Shown in pieces: positions 1 through 14,244 of a stretch of 64,000 bases of DNA (within the stretch, counting starts at the first letter, position 1; every line of letters begins with the position of its first letter). The notes below the pieces were generated by a model, which saw only the letters and a list, made by a program, of their open reading frames with translations, was not told the origin of the DNA and did no database searches. The position numbers were made by a program, and so were the translations under genes. This stretch comes from Eledone cirrhosa (lineage: Eukaryota): positions 2,046,001 to 2,110,000 of the forward strand of contig OZ024748.1 of the NCBI GenBank assembly GCA_964016885.1. Reading direction: 5' to 3'.

Positions 1-19
1 GTGTATTTATATTTAAAGT

Positions 20-298
20 CTAAAGTCTCTCTTAAGCCAGAAGGTTCATTTGGCCGGTGTTTATACTGGTTTCATGGTGTGAAGCGACTGAGAGCACAAG
101 ACTTCCCCCTGGACAGGACACCAGTCCATCGCAGGGTTAAACTCCCAGTTATTGCCGGTACTCATTTTCAGTTGAGTATACTGGAGCAATGTGAAATGAA
201 GTGTTTTGCTCAAGAACACAACACGCAACCCAGGAATTGAACCCACGACATTATGATCGTAAGTCCAACACCATTACCACTAGGTCATGTGCCTCCAC
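20..298 (-). mobile_element. tRNA-derived SINE, near full length (CORE-like block followed by Meta/V-like block)
   Basis: Minus strand reads ggaggcacatgacctagtggtaa (A box) ... gggttcaattcc (B box) ... ttgtgttcttgagcaaaacacttc ... ccctgcgatggactggtgtcctgtccagggg. Related fragments at ~7380-7530 and ~42285-42335. Family assignment is from recalled motifs only. Confidence 0.75.
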
Positions 299-625
299 TT
301 AAATATATATATATATATACACACACATGCACATATTTAATCTAATAGCTTCATTTCGCCTGCTTTTAATCAAATTGATTGTGACTCTGTATCTGATTGT
401 TGTTGTATGGCAAAGTTATTAGCCTTGACTCTGCTTGTTATTCTGTCTATTGAACAGTAAAGAAGAGAATGAACAGAGAAAGATGGAAAAATAATTGCTT
501 TCACTGACTTAACCAATGTATTATTATTGTGTAAAGTCATTTGTTTCTTGCTTTTTGTTTCCTGTCTCTGTCTCTTTTGCTTCTACTACTGAAATATAAC
601 AAAAGTATGAGTGAGAGAAGGGATG

Positions 626-697
<72 letters not shown>

Positions 698-937
698 TAT
701 ATTTGTGTGTGTGTATATTTGCATGTGTATATTTATATAAATGATAATGATGATATAGTTCCTCAGCATGGTTGTAGTCCAGTAAAAGAATATATGCGTG
801 TGTTATAGAGAGAGAGAGAGAGAGATTTCTAATACAACATATATGATAAATAATAATAACAATAATAATAGTAAGTTTTATAATGATGATGAGAATTATG
901 GTAAATGGTAAGGATGGTGATATATCACTTCCTGGCT

Positions 938-1935
938 CTACCACCACCACCACCACCTCCTCCACCACCACCAACACCACCTACACCACCTCCACCACCA
1001 ACACCACCACCATCAACACCACCACCACCTCCTCCACCACCAACACCACCTACACCACCACCAACACCACCATCAACACCACCAACACCACCACCAACAC
1101 CACCAACACCACCTACACCACCAACACCACCACCATCAACACCACCACCACCCCCACCACCAACACCATCACCACCACCACCACCACCACTACCACCAAC
1201 AACACCACCACCACCAACACCACCTACACCACCACCAACACCACCAACACCACCACCAACACCACCATCACCACCACCAACACCACCAACACCACCACCA
1301 TCACCACCTACACCACCACCATCACCACCTACACCACCACCAACACCACCTACACCACCACCTACACCACCACCAACACCACCTACACCACCAACAACAC
1401 CATCTCCACCTACACCACCACCTACACCACCACCATCACCACCACCAACACCACCAACACCACCACCAACACCACCAACACCACCACCATCACCACCTAC
1501 ACCACCACCAACACCACCTACACCACTACTACCAATACTACCAACACCACCACCAACACCACCTACACCACCACCATCACCACCTACACCACCACCAACA
1601 CCACCTACACCACCACCTACACCACCACCAACACCACCTACACCACCAACAACACCATCTCCACCTACACCACCACCTACACCACCACCATCACCACCAC
1701 CAACACCACCAACACCACCACCATCACCACCTACACCACCACCAACACCACCTACACCACCACCAACACCACCTACACCACTACTACCAATACTACCAAC
1801 ACCACCACCAACACCACCTACACCACCACCATCACCACCTACACCACCACCATCACCACCTACACCACCACCAACACCACCTACACCACCACCAACACCA
1901 CCTACACCACCACCAACACCACCTACACCACCACT
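938..1935. repeat. Degenerate (ACC)n trinucleotide array with AAC/TAC/ATC/TCC variants
   Basis: About 1 kb essentially lacking G on the + strand; internally duplicated blocks; source of the Thr-, Pro- and Gly-rich ORFs. Confidence 0.95.
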
Positions 1936-2066
1936 AGAACCACAAGAACCACTAACACAATCATCATCATCATCAACAGCAGCAGTGATATTCTCACTGC
2001 TAAAGACAGTATCATTTACCATTGATATCCTTCGTTACTTAGCATCCGTGGTGTATCACATTTACA

Positions 2067-2102
<36 letters not shown>

Positions 2103-2287
2103 TCTCCTGTTGCTACTCTTGTTGTTGTTGTTGTTGCTATCATTGATATCATTGGCATTGGCCAACATCTCTCCATAGTCTCCAACTATCTCTGTATCAC
2201 TTTCATCACCATAACAACTACTATCATCACAGCATCATCATCATCACAAAGCCAGTTACTATCACCACATTGTTATCACATCGTTGC

Positions 2288-2640
2288 CACCACCACCACC
2301 ACCACCACCACCACCACCACCACCACCATCACCATACCATTATCAACCATCACCACCACCACCATCAACAACAGTATCATCACCATACCATTATCAACCA
2401 CCACCACCACCACCACCACCACCACCATCACCATACCATTATCAACCACCACCACCACCACCATCAACAACAGTATCATCACCATACCATTATCAACCAC
2501 CACCACACTATCACCAACATACCAATAACCATCACCACCACCACAACCACATCATCAACAACACACTACTATCATCACCACAACCACAACATCATCAACA
2601 ACATACTACTATCATTACCACCACCACCACTACTATCATT
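2288..2640. repeat. (CAC/CAT)n low-complexity array with recurring ccataccattatcaa spacer
   Basis: Seen directly in the sequence. Confidence 0.85.
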
Positions 2641-2748
2641 ATATCCATAGCAACCATTACTATAAACTGTCACCATTACCATTATTGCTACTACCATTGG
2701 TTTAAAGACCCCCCCCTCTCCTGTCCTCCATCTCCACACCATATCCAT

Positions 2749-3643
2749 CACTACACTACCACTGTTATTACCACCAGACCCTACCTAACCCTCACAATAC
2801 CACTACACTACCACTGTTATTACCACCAGACCCTACCTAACCCTCACAATACCACTACACTACAACTGTTATTACCACCAGACCCTACCTAACCACAATA
2901 CCACTACACTACCACTGTTATTACCACCAGACCCTACCTAACCCTCACAATACCACTACACTACCACTGTTATTACCACCAGACCCTACCTAACCCTCAC
3001 AATACCACTACACTACCACTGTTATTACCACCAGACCCTACCTAACCCTCACAATACCACTACACTACAACTGTTATTACCACCAGACCCTACCTAACCA
3101 CAATACCACTACACTACCACTGTTATTACCACCAGACCCTACCTAACCCTCACAATACCACTACACTACCACTGTTATTACCACCAGACCCTACCTAACC
3201 CTCACAATACCACTACACTACCACTGTTATTATCACCAGACCCTACCTAACCCTCACAATACCACTACACTACCACTGTTATTACCACCAGACCCTACCT
3301 AACCCTCACAATACCACTACACTACCACTGTTATTACCACCAGACCCTACCTAACCCTCACAATACCACTACACTACCACTGTTATTACCACCAGACCCT
3401 ACCTAACCCTCACAATACCACTACACTACCACTGTTATTACCACCAGACCCTACCTAACCCTCACAATACCACTACACTACCACTGTTATTACCACCAGA
3501 CCCTACCTAACCACAATACCACTACACTACCACTGTTATTACCACCAGACCCTACCTAACCACAATACCACTACACTACCACTGTTATTACCACCAGACC
3601 CTACCTAACCACAATACCACTACACTACCACTGTTATTACCAC
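2749..3643. repeat. 52-bp minisatellite (actgttattaccaccagaccctacctaaccctcacaataccactacactacc), ~17 copies, with 49-bp deletion variants
   Basis: Period read directly (actgttat at 2761 and 2813). Confidence 0.95.
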
Positions 3644-4624
3644 ATGAGGGTTACAGCCATGAGGGTTATACCACAACCATTACTGTATTAAAGATAGTAG
3701 ATTCACAGTTGTTAGAGCTTTGGATTAATTAATTACCTTCCAGGATTTGGTTCAGCTCTCTGCCTGAGTTCTGAGTTCAAATCCCACCAAAGTCAACTTT
3801 ACTTTTCATCTTTTCGAGTGTTGATAGATAAAGTACCATTGTAGGGCAGTTCATTAGTGGAATTGTGTGAATGTTGTACAAGATATCTTGTGATATTTGT
3901 TCCAGTTCTGTGTGTTCTGGGTTCTAGAGTGGTAGACTTAATTCATCACCTGGTTTAATGCCATAATCTAGTCCTTGGAAGGCTTTTAATAGAATTCTCT
4001 CTGTTCCAAGCATTTGGCCTAAGTTTCTGGCCCTTGACATGCTTATTTCTGAAGTGTTGTTTTATGGATTGATGCCCTTCTTCACACCAACTCTTTTAGT
4101 CACCCCTTACAATACATAGAGATACAGTAGACCTATTCTAAACATGCAATATTCATAATCACTTATACATGTTTAATATAAAAGAAACACTATCTTTAAT
4201 TTCCTGTTGTCTCTTTAAACCCTTTAAACTCAGAACTGATAGTGGCTGTGATGTTAAAATACTTCACGTAGTTGCCTTACTTTAGAGGTGATAGGTTCAA
4301 GTTTTGCTGCCAGAACTGACTTACTTAATACATTCTTCTACTTTAACTATTTTAATATAATGATCTGGTTTGCCACAGACTTGTTGGCACCAAGATAGAT
4401 CTATTGCACTGCAAGATCAACATATTTTGCTGTACTGAAGGTTTATCAAATTATTTAACCTCCCTCATCTTTTAGGATTCTCTGACATTCTAGATAAGTG
4501 TATTGAAACACTTGGGAGTTTAATCTAGGCCCAGGGATATTGGGTTTAATTCAATTTATTGTCATTGTATTGTAACATACTAACATATTGCAAACAAAAT
4601 ACATTGCAGAGCTCAAACAACATT

Positions 4625-5070
4625 ACTGCATACTACACAACATCAACACAACAGTAACAACACAACATAACTACATACAACACAACATAACTACATACAA
4701 CACAACATCAACACAACAGTAACAACACAACATAACTACATACAACACAACATAACTACATACAACACAACATCAACACAACAGTAACAACACAACATAA
4801 CTACATACAACACATCAACACAACAGTAACAACTCAACATAACTACATACAACACAACAACAACACAACAGTAACAACACAACATAACTACATACAACAC
4901 AACAACAACACAACAGTAACAACACAACATAACTACATACTACACAACAACAACACAACAGTAACAACACAACATAACTACATACAACACAACATAACTA
5001 CATACAACACATCACTACATACTACACAACAATAACACAACAGTAACAACACAACATAACTATATACTAT
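4625..5070. repeat. Composite CA-rich minisatellite (acaacacaacataactacat / caacacaacagtaac)
   Basis: Seen directly in the sequence. Confidence 0.9.
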
Positions 5071-5396
5071 ACAACAACAACAACAACTAAATACAATATG
5101 ATATAACATGACCACAACTCAATATGCCTACACACTCTACAACAACACATTACTACACACTATACAACAGAACAATAACAACAACAGAACAAACAAGAAC
5201 AACTGCAACAACAACAATTACTACTACAACAACAATTACTACTACAACAACAATAACAGCAACAACAATTACAACAACAATAGCAAACAAGGCAATAACT
5301 ATTTAATGAGTGCCTATAGTCACATCAGCATCATCATCATCTTGATCTGTAGATAGATACAGAAAAGATAAGGTTAATAGTCTCCTTAACACTATA

Positions 5397-5449
<53 letters not shown>

Positions 5450-5627
5450 TTACCACCACCGCCACCACTACTACCAGTACTACTATTACTATTACTACTA
5501 CTACTACTACCACCACCACCAGATAATAGATTATAAAATGACACAGATCTCTCATTGGAACACGTCAGATTCACCAATATTTAATGAGTTAACATAAAAA
5601 AATGTGCCTTAATATTTTTTTCTGTTA

Positions 5628-5707
<80 letters not shown>

Positions 5708-5709
5708 CA

Positions 5710-5897
5710 CAGTAAAAAGCTCCCAGTCCACACTGTAAATGTGGCTGATTTTAGGAAGGGCATCCAGCCGTAGAAAACCTGCCAAATAGTCCTAAACGAG
5801 CGAGACATGGTCACCCAACCAATCTTGCTTCAAGTGGGACAATTCCCGTCTAACCCATGCTTGCGTGGAAGATAGATGTTAAACGATGATGATGATG
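5710..5897 (+). mobile_element. SINE-like repeat family B (aggaagggcatccagc core, (gat)n tail; probably RTE-mobilised)
   Basis: Core and tail recur at ~11015-11125, ~18085-18265, ~26573-26780 (minus), ~26857-26990, ~32040-32210, ~32490-32650, ~41100-41195 (minus), ~44280-44390, ~50235-50400 and ~61105-61370. Confidence 0.75.
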
Positions 5898-6043
5898 TAT
5901 TTCATCTCTCTTTATAATATATAAAACAAAATTACCTCTTTTGATACCAAACTACTTGAAACTGCTTTCTTCCCATTTTTAAATATCTTCCTATTTTTAA
6001 ATATATATATCTATATTAAAATATTCCATTGCAAAGCTTTTAA

Positions 6044-6263
6044 CCCTTTAATGTTCAAACCGGCCAAAACCAGCCAGAATTCTCTACCTCTTTCTGTTGA
6101 AACTGGCTGTAACTAGCCATTCATACTGATGTTAAGGTATTGTTCTCAAAATAAATACTTTCAAAATCTCATAGATTCGATATTATGTGAGATAATTATG
6201 TGAGATAAAGTCTCTATCATGAAAATATAATAGTATATATAGAGTAATGTGAATGCTAAAGGG
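6044..6263. mobile_element. piggyBac-type non-autonomous element (MITE)
   Basis: TTAA (6040-6043) CCCTTTAATGTTC ... GAATGCTAAAGGG TTAA (6264-6267): TTAA target duplication with CCC/GGG ends and imperfect TIRs. Confidence 0.75.
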
Positions 6264-6549
6264 TTAAAGAAACGTTTAAGTAATTTCATACAGCAACTTA
6301 ATAAAGAAAGATTTAATTATTTTATTAATTTCCTCCAAATTTTTGATGATTTTCAAAATTAATTGCAATACATATGTAGTGTTTCATAGAAATATGATAC
6401 TGAAAAGGCTAAGATAGATAGGAAGATATATATTACAAGACATATTTCATATACAAACATAGAGATAGCCATTTTACAAACCTCTCATCATTTCTGCTTT
6501 GAAGGGTTCTTACTCAAAATACTAGAATTCACTTGTCACTATAACACAA

Positions 6550-6762
6550 TAGCTTACTCAGCATCCCATTGAGAGAACCTCTACTTAATTGCTCAGCCTG
6601 CTAGAAATAGTTGCCAAATCTCTCTCAAATCACACCAATCATTTACAAAAGAGGAGATATTGAATAGTGTACTATGTCTGAATAAAAGATGGGATAGTCA
6701 TAGATGGAATACCATTGATCATAGGACTTCTCAGCCAGGAATGATCAAGTGTTAAACAACCA
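6550..6762 (+). mobile_element. Interspersed repeat family C (ctagaaatagcagccaaatctc...ctggggctaaacaac)
   Basis: Diverged copies at ~15885-16040 (minus), ~33670-33840, ~38195-38380, ~41400-41570 and ~63235-63370 (minus). Class not established. Confidence 0.6.
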
Positions 6763-7789
6763 CACAAGAGTTTTGTCCCATTTTGGTGACCTTAGAGCGA
6801 GAATACATTCCTCTAGTTGCTACAAGCATGCTTTGCTTTGTTAGAATTGCTTAAATTAAATTATTAAAATCCTAACACAAAAAGAAAAAAATATTAATCA
6901 AAATTGATTGTAATTGATGTCATACCCACTTAATTAAATCAATGTAACAACCAAATAATTAAATCCAACAGTTTTAGGACAATATGACCTACAAGGAAGA
7001 AGAGATGGTCACAGCTAGACTGTCATGATATTATGTAATCAGTTATGGAATGAAAAAAGAAAATGAATTAAAGTTATTATTTCATGTCTGTTTTCTTCTG
7101 TTTGGTGCAGTGAATTGACAGAGTTAGAACATTCCATAGATTGCTTGGCAGTATTTGTTCCGGATGAAAGGCAAAGGTTAACTTTGCCTTTCATCCTTTC
7201 AAGGGTGATAAAAAAAAGTACCAGTCGAGTACTGTAGTCAATTCTTCCTCTATATCCCCCTCCCCCTCCTCTCTCTCTCTTCTTCTCTGTAAGAAATCAA
7301 TTGTGTTTAAACCTGAGGAGAGGATTGGCTCTGTCAGGTTAAAAGTGCCACAGTGCCCCTGACTCCAGACAAAGTCTGGAAGTTTATTCTTGTTTCATAG
7401 ACATCAATCGACTGAGAATACGGGATGTCAGTCAGTCCCATTGTTAACCCCCAGCTGATGGTGCTGGTACTAAGTGAACAGGAACAACATGAAATAAAGT
7501 GTCTTGCTCAAGAACACAACACCTCACCTGCACTTGGAGTTGATTATGTGCCAAATACATTAGATAATATGGTTCTGCATACCATGTCTATTGATAACTC
7601 CTACTGAGCACCACAAAAAAAAAATGAGATAATCATGGTTGGAATATCTTTGACCTCAGGTTCACTGGATCAATGTTGACCTGGGGTTAAACAACAACAG
7701 CAATGATTACATATAGCATTAGAGATATTTGTACATTTCGAGCCATCTAGAGCGTCAGACACCATGCTTTACAGCATAGAGTTATGGCC

Positions 7790-7918
7790 CTTTACGTTCT
7801 GAGTTCAAATCCCGCCGAGGTTAACTTTGCCTTTCATCTTTACGGGGTCGATAAAATAAAGTACCAGTAATGCTCTGGGATAATTGCTGGCCTTGCGCCA
7901 AAAGTAGAAACAATTATT
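7790..7918 (+). mobile_element. tRNA-derived SINE family A, partial copy
   Basis: gagttcaaatcc B box, ttgcctttcatc..acggggtcgataaaataaagtaccag core, aattgctggccttg..ccaaaagtagaaacaattatt tail. Confidence 0.8.
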
Positions 7919-8179
7919 ACCATCACCTCCAAGATCAACAACAATACTACCAGCATCACCACTACCACCACACTAACACGACCAGTACTATCACCACCAC
8001 CAATAACAACACCATCAATACCACCACCAACCCCACCACAACCACCATCACAACCGCCACCACTGCCACCACTATTTACAACTACAACACATGGGGTTAC
8101 ATAAACCCCACCAACATCAAACCAACACCACCACTATTGCCAAAACCACCACCACTGCCTCCCCTATCAACAACAACAC

Positions 8180-8950
8180 CACCACCACATGGTGTTACTA
8201 ACCTCCACCACCACTGCCCTCACTATCAACAACACCACCACCACCACATGGTGTTACTAACCCCACCACCACCACTACCCTCACTATCATCACCACCACC
8301 ACCACATGGTGTTACTAACCCCACCACCACCACTGCCCTCACTATCACCACCACCACCACCACATGGTGTTACTAACCCCACCACCACCACTGCCCTCAC
8401 TATCACCACCACCACTATCACATGGTGTTACTAACCCCACCACCACCACTACCCTCACTATCATCACCACCACCACCACATGGTGTTACTAACCCCACCA
8501 CCACCACTGCCCTCACTATCACCACCACCACCATTGCCCTCACTATCACCACCACCACCACTGCCCTCACTATCACCACCACCACCACCACATGGTGTTA
8601 CTAACCCCACCACCACCACTACCCTCACTATCATCACCACTACCACCACATGGTGTTACTAACCCCACCACCACCATTGCCCTCACTATCACCACCACCA
8701 CCACTGCCCTCACTATCACCACCACCACCACTGCCCTCACTATCACCACCACCACCACCACTGCCCTCACTATCACCACCACCACCACTGCCCTCACTAT
8801 CACCACCACCACCACTGCCCTCACTATCACCACCACCACCACCACTGCCCTCACTATCACCACCACCACCACTGCCCTCACTATCACCACCACCACCACT
8901 GCCCTCACTATCACCACCACCACCACCACATGGTGTTACTAACCCCACTA
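8180..8950. repeat. Composite minisatellite of catggtgttactaacccc and (acc)n-actgccctcactatc modules
   Basis: Seen directly; source of ORFs 8422-8991. Confidence 0.9.
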
Positions 8951-9139
8951 CCCAACAAGATATTCTACTGACATATGGCTGTGTCAACTAAAATACTTAT
9001 CTCTCTCTCTACCGGAATTACTTTTGCTAAGCAACAAAACTGAGAGCCATCCATTAGAACTTTCTCTTTATTCTCTACAATAGCTTCTCTCCTTGCAGCT
9101 CCACAACAGACATTGCTTACTTTTAAACACCTTTCCACT

Positions 9140-9590
9140 TATCTCTCAATCTCTCTCTCCATCTCTCTCTCCATCTCTCTCTCTCTCCATCTCTCTCTCT
9201 CTCTCTCCATCTATCTCTCTCTCTATCTCTCTCTCCATCTCTCTCTCTCTCTCTCCATATATCTCTCTCTTTCACTCCCCCCTCTCTCTCTCATTCTTTC
9301 TCTTTCTACCTTTCTCTTATTCTTTCTCTTTCTCCATCTCTCTTATTCTTTCTCCTTCTCTCTCTCTTTATCCCTCTTCCATGCTATCTCTCTCTCTCTC
9401 TCTTTATCTCTTTCTTTCTTTCTCTCTCTTTCTCTCTCATTCTTTCTCTCTCTATCCCACTCTCTTTCTCCCTCATTCTTTCTCCTTCTCTCTCCTCTTC
9501 CTTCCCCTTTTGACTTCTCTCTTCCCTCTGTCTCTCTTACTCTTTCACACATTCCCCCTCAATCCCCCCCCCCCACCTCCTCTCTCTTGA
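9140..9590. repeat. Degenerate (CT)n polypyrimidine tract
   Basis: Seen directly in the sequence. Confidence 0.9.
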
Positions 9591-9650
9591 ATTTGTTTCT
9601 AGTTTTTGTAACTGATTCTATTAGTTTTAATTCTCCTGCTGCACCATTGC

Positions 9651-9715
<65 letters not shown>

Positions 9716-10315
9716 TTGCTACTGCTGGTCATACTGATGCTGGTGGTGGTGTTTTATATCAATGTATATCACCATTCACATGGTCAAAAACCATCAATTG
9801 CTTTTATTTTAGTTTTTTTATTTTCTATTATTTATTTTATATATATATATTTTTATTAATAGTTTATATCTTCTCAATAAGTCAATGATAAGACAACAAT
9901 GGCAGACTGGATATTTTATAGTGATTCAATTATTCCCCTCTGTAGAGAAGCTATACATTCTCTCACCCAGCAATAGTAGTTACATCAAGGTAGTAAAATG
10001 TTTCTCCAGCATATTTACTTCCAGCTTGACAGAATTTATTTATTTTGTTTGTTTGTTTGTTTGTTTGTTTGTTTGTTTGTTTGTTTGTTTTCTTTCTTTA
10101 TTTATTTGCTTAGCATCCACCACCAAATGTAAAGTTAGCAGTACAACTTTTGTGTGGTAATTTATTATTAAATTCAACATCTATTTAACGATTGTGTCTT
10201 TGCAGACATAGTAAACCTCTCTTATGAATATGATTTTTTTTTAATAAAAAAATATCTAAGTTTCTGTTTTTTTTATTATTTTAATTAATTAATTAATTTA
10301 TTATTTTTCTTTCAG

Positions 10316-10392
10316 TTACTCCCAAGAAAGTCAAGGAGGTTATGCAAGAATTTAGTCCCAATGGAGTCCTTTCCAATTACAATCCTGATCAG
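10316..10392 (+). CDS. Dgk: Type I diacylglycerol kinase, internal coding exon A (N-terminal recoverin-homology region; TPKKVKEVMQEFSPNGVLSNYNPDQ)
   Basis: Polypyrimidine tract + ttcag acceptor, ag|gtaaga donor; 77 nt, phase 1 to 0. Peptide resembles the DGK-beta N-terminus ([24 protein letters not shown], recalled). Upstream start exon not found in window. Confidence 0.9.
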
Positions 10393-12529
10393 GTAAGATT
10401 GATAATTTATTATTGAACAGTAAAGACATCCAAGCTTAAGACATTGGAGGACTTGGGGGTTAAGCTAGAATTGAACTTTAGATCAGCAATTAATTTAAAA
10501 CAAAAGAATATAAGGCCTTGTGCCTATGTTAGAAACAATTATTATTATCATATTTGTGTTTGGCACCAACAAATGTGTCTTTAGATTCATCTGCAGGCAG
10601 TTGGATTATTACCAAAGTTTTGCTGGATGAAAGATTTTTGTTATTGGATTATTTTGTAGACAAGGAACTTCAAAGCTTTTAGTTGTCGGGGTATACAAAA
10701 GTTCTGTCTTTTAAACAATATTTATTTTTCTGAAATAATGTTTTTGTGTTTGTAATTTATTCAATATTACTTCCTCTACTAGGGAAGCAATAAGAGGTAT
10801 TAAAAGGAAAGGAACTGGCTCTGTATAGGCTTTCTCAAAAGGAAATAATGAAATAATCTTTGAATATTTGAAAACAAATTTTATATCTTATTCTGTAATG
10901 ATTTAGCAGAAAATATCTAAAAACAGGTTTGTTAATTCAAATGTCTATAGTATCTTTACTGGTGAAGAAATCAATGTGAAACCATATCCCTGTATGTCAC
11001 AAGAAATAACTAAATGGGTTGGTGTCAGGAAGGGGATCTCACTGTTAAACATTGCCTCAAAAAGTCCCATCTAATCTACGTTAGAATGGAAAAGTTAACA
11101 TACAAATGAAGAAGATGAGGATGAATTAATGAAGTAAAATGATTTCCTATAGGGAACCATGCTTTGCCTTTCATCCTTACGGGGTTTTATAAAATAAAGT
11201 ACCAGTAACGCACTGGAATAATTGCTGGCTTTGTGCCAAAAGTAGAAACAATTATTATTATTCAAACTGCAGCAAAGCTGGAGGACTTTAGTCACTCAAA
11301 TAAACCTCAGTATTTATTTTTAAGTTTGGTAATTTTCTAACTTAACTTGATATTAATAAATGTAATATCAGAGGGAATTATGTCAATGTTTCATGATCCT
11401 GGCTGGCAAAATTGTGAATGTGTTACCTTCAACTATTTACTCTTTTTTCTATCAGGTCCATAAAACATTTATATGGCTCTCTGTGATATAATAAAATCAT
11501 ATTTATTGTTACTATAAAAACATTTCCTTTGTATTCAGGTAAAATATATTGTTTTGACTTAAATTGTGTGAAGTTATGAATGAAGGAACACTTTGATTGA
11601 TGTTATACCTTGGGGGGTGATGTTGTTGACATATAGTATTATTTCATTATCTGTTGTAGGTAGAATTACATTTTTAGACTTTCAGTAAAATGTTTTAATA
11701 AAAAAAGACTCAAATCAAATGTGTGTGTGTGAGTGTGGTGTGTGTGTGTGTAAAGCATATACAACCAAGTGTTGTGCCATTAAAGCCTGGGTTAGTTAAC
11801 TCTGCACCTCATTACATATCTATATATTCTTATGCAGTGTCATTTCAGTTATTTAGTTTTCTTCATATCTCCCTTCTGTGTACTTTACACTTCCATTTTG
11901 ATGTGCTTGTCTCTCTCTCTCTCTCTCTCTCTCTCCATATATATATATATGTCTGGTCCAGGAATTTAATTCACAGTCTTATGATTATGAGCTCAACACC
12001 CTAATCACCAAGTCATACACCTTCACATATGGTAGTCTCCATTTGAACAATAATAGAGAATTTATTTGAATAGCAAATCAAGATGAGATTGTTACATTGA
12101 ATGGTCATAGAAATGATTTCATTAGCATCTCTTCTACAGCCCATCTTCAAAACTCATCACACTACAATCAACCTTAAAGGTTTAATTATAATTGGTGATC
12201 TTCATTTGAATATTGGCCTTCAATTATCAACATGTGTAAAATATGACTAGAAACCAAAGAAGGATTTCACTGGTGTATTAGCTAGAGGTGGTACAGTTTG
12301 AATAAAACAAGGTTTAATAAAGCAAGTATCAGGATGGACCTTGATAGTATGAAGGGTTTAATGAAATAAAAGATTTAAGACTAACTTGATTGAAGTTAAT
12401 TTCATTGATATGTCCTTGTTTAGAATAATTCAAGAGAGGAACCAAAACAAATCTAAGAAAATCTCAATGACGTATCATATAGCAAATTCATTTATATTCC
12501 CATGGAAGCTGATGCTTATTTTATGTGAG

Positions 12530-12843
12530 GGAGTTATACACCCTGTTATACACCCTGTTATGTGAGTTATACACCCTGTTATGTGAGTTATACACCCTGT
12601 TATGTGAGTTATACACCCTGTTATGTGAGTTATACACCCTGTTATACACCCTGTTATGTGAGTTATACACCCTGTTATACACCCTGTTATGTGAGTTATA
12701 CACCCTGTTATACACCCTGTTATGTGAGTTATACACCCTGTTATACACCCTGTTATGTGAGTTATACACCCTGTTATACACCCTGTTATGTGAGTTATAC
12801 ACCCTGTTATACACCCTGTTATGTGAGTTATACACCCTGTTAT
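12530..12843. repeat. Minisatellite of 21-bp (gagttatacaccctgttatgt) and 33-bp (extra 12-bp tatacaccctgt) units
   Basis: Seen directly in the sequence. Confidence 0.95.
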
Positions 12844-13377
12844 TAGACTCTCTTATGTAGTAAAAAATATGGTGAATGCTACTAATTCAATTTTTAAAAT
12901 TCCACTGCCGCCTCCAAAACACACACCACACACACACACACTCACACACTCACTCACTCACACACTCACTCACTCACACACTCACACACACACTGCATTG
13001 GAAAGATGGCAACAAAAGGGTTAAAATTGAGTAGAAGAGAAAGCATACGTTGTAACTAGGTTGTGAAACGATGGCTTGTTACTTCATGGAATGGGTTATT
13101 GTATAATTGAGAGTGATGGGATTGCTGCAGTCACATGTTGTGGGTTTTGGCCATTTTAAGCTCATCTCTCACCAAGTCTGAAGACAGCTGATTTCTTCGA
13201 GAGAAAGAGAGAGAGTGATAGCGAGGAAGTGAGGAAGAGATATAGAGGAAGAATCTACCCCAGTACTGGACTGGTACTTCTTTTATTGACCTCAAAATGA
13301 TAAAAAGTCAACATCGGCATATTTGAAACCAGAGTGTAGACAGCTAGAACACACACAACAAAACATTATATCTGATC

Positions 13378-13744
13378 CAGCGGTGGATTGGCAGTATCGG
13401 TAGAGGGTCGGACACTATGCTAGGGCGGTGGATTGGCAGTATCGGTAGAGGGTCGGACACTATGCTAGGGCGGTGGATTGGCAGTATCGGTAGAGGGTCG
13501 GACACTATGCTAGGGTGGTGGATTGGCAGTATCGGTAGAGGGTCGGACACTATGCTAGGGCGGTGGATTGGCAGTATCGGTAGAGGGTCGGACACTATGC
13601 TTTGACGTACAGAGTTATGCCCCTTGCCATTCTGAGTTCAAATCGCGCCAAGGTTAACTTTGCCTTTCATCCTTACGGGGTCGATAAAATAAAGTACCAG
13701 TAATGTACTGGTTAATTGCTGGCCTTGTGCCAAAAGTAGAAACA
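13378..13744 (+). mobile_element. SINE family A copy with a five-fold tandem 45-bp head and a 13-bp TSD
   Basis: gcggtggattggcagtatcggtagagggtcggacactatgct x5, then B box, core and tail; TSD attatatctgatc at 13365-13377 and 13745-13757. Confidence 0.88.
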
Positions 13745-14244
13745 ATTATATCTGATCTTCTAATGACTCTGCCAATCTTCACCTCATATCTTTACATACA
13801 GTTAACTAGTGAGACAGCCAATATGAGTAAAAAACATGTAGGACATTACTTCGTTACTTTCACTACACAATAAGTCATAGATCTGTTGATATCTAGCATG
13901 AATCATACTACCTATGGAAATAGTTGATCCAACAATACAGAACTATTTAACTCATAATAACCAAATGTTAAGATTCCATAAGACTGGTTTGACTAGTTTT
14001 TGTGGTCTCCATATGTGTGTGGTGTGCATTGATATATGTGGTGTGTCAAGGTTCTCTCAACAATACCAGAAGAACATCACAGTAGGGAAGTAAAAGAAAA
14101 GCTGAAATGGTAAAATAAAATTTTAAAATATATTCGATTTTTCTTTTTTTTTTGTATGCTTGTATTTTTCTTTCTAAAGAACATGTTTATATATCATACA
14201 ACTAACATATTTTTCCTGTTTTTTTTTTTTTTCGTCTTTTCCAG

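Noticed and set aside
469-507. ATG...MNRERW as a possible DGK start exon
   Set aside because: In-frame stop after 12 codons and no LSPxEF motif or suitable donor.
883-2146. 380-413 aa Thr-rich (mucin-like), Pro-rich and Gly-rich ORFs
   Set aside because: All come from one (ACC)n array read in different frames; no signal peptide, domain or convincing splice context.
12540-12843. ATAACAGGGT matching part of the I-SceI site
   Set aside because: Only a 10-bp core of the 18-bp site matches, and there is no homing endonuclease context.
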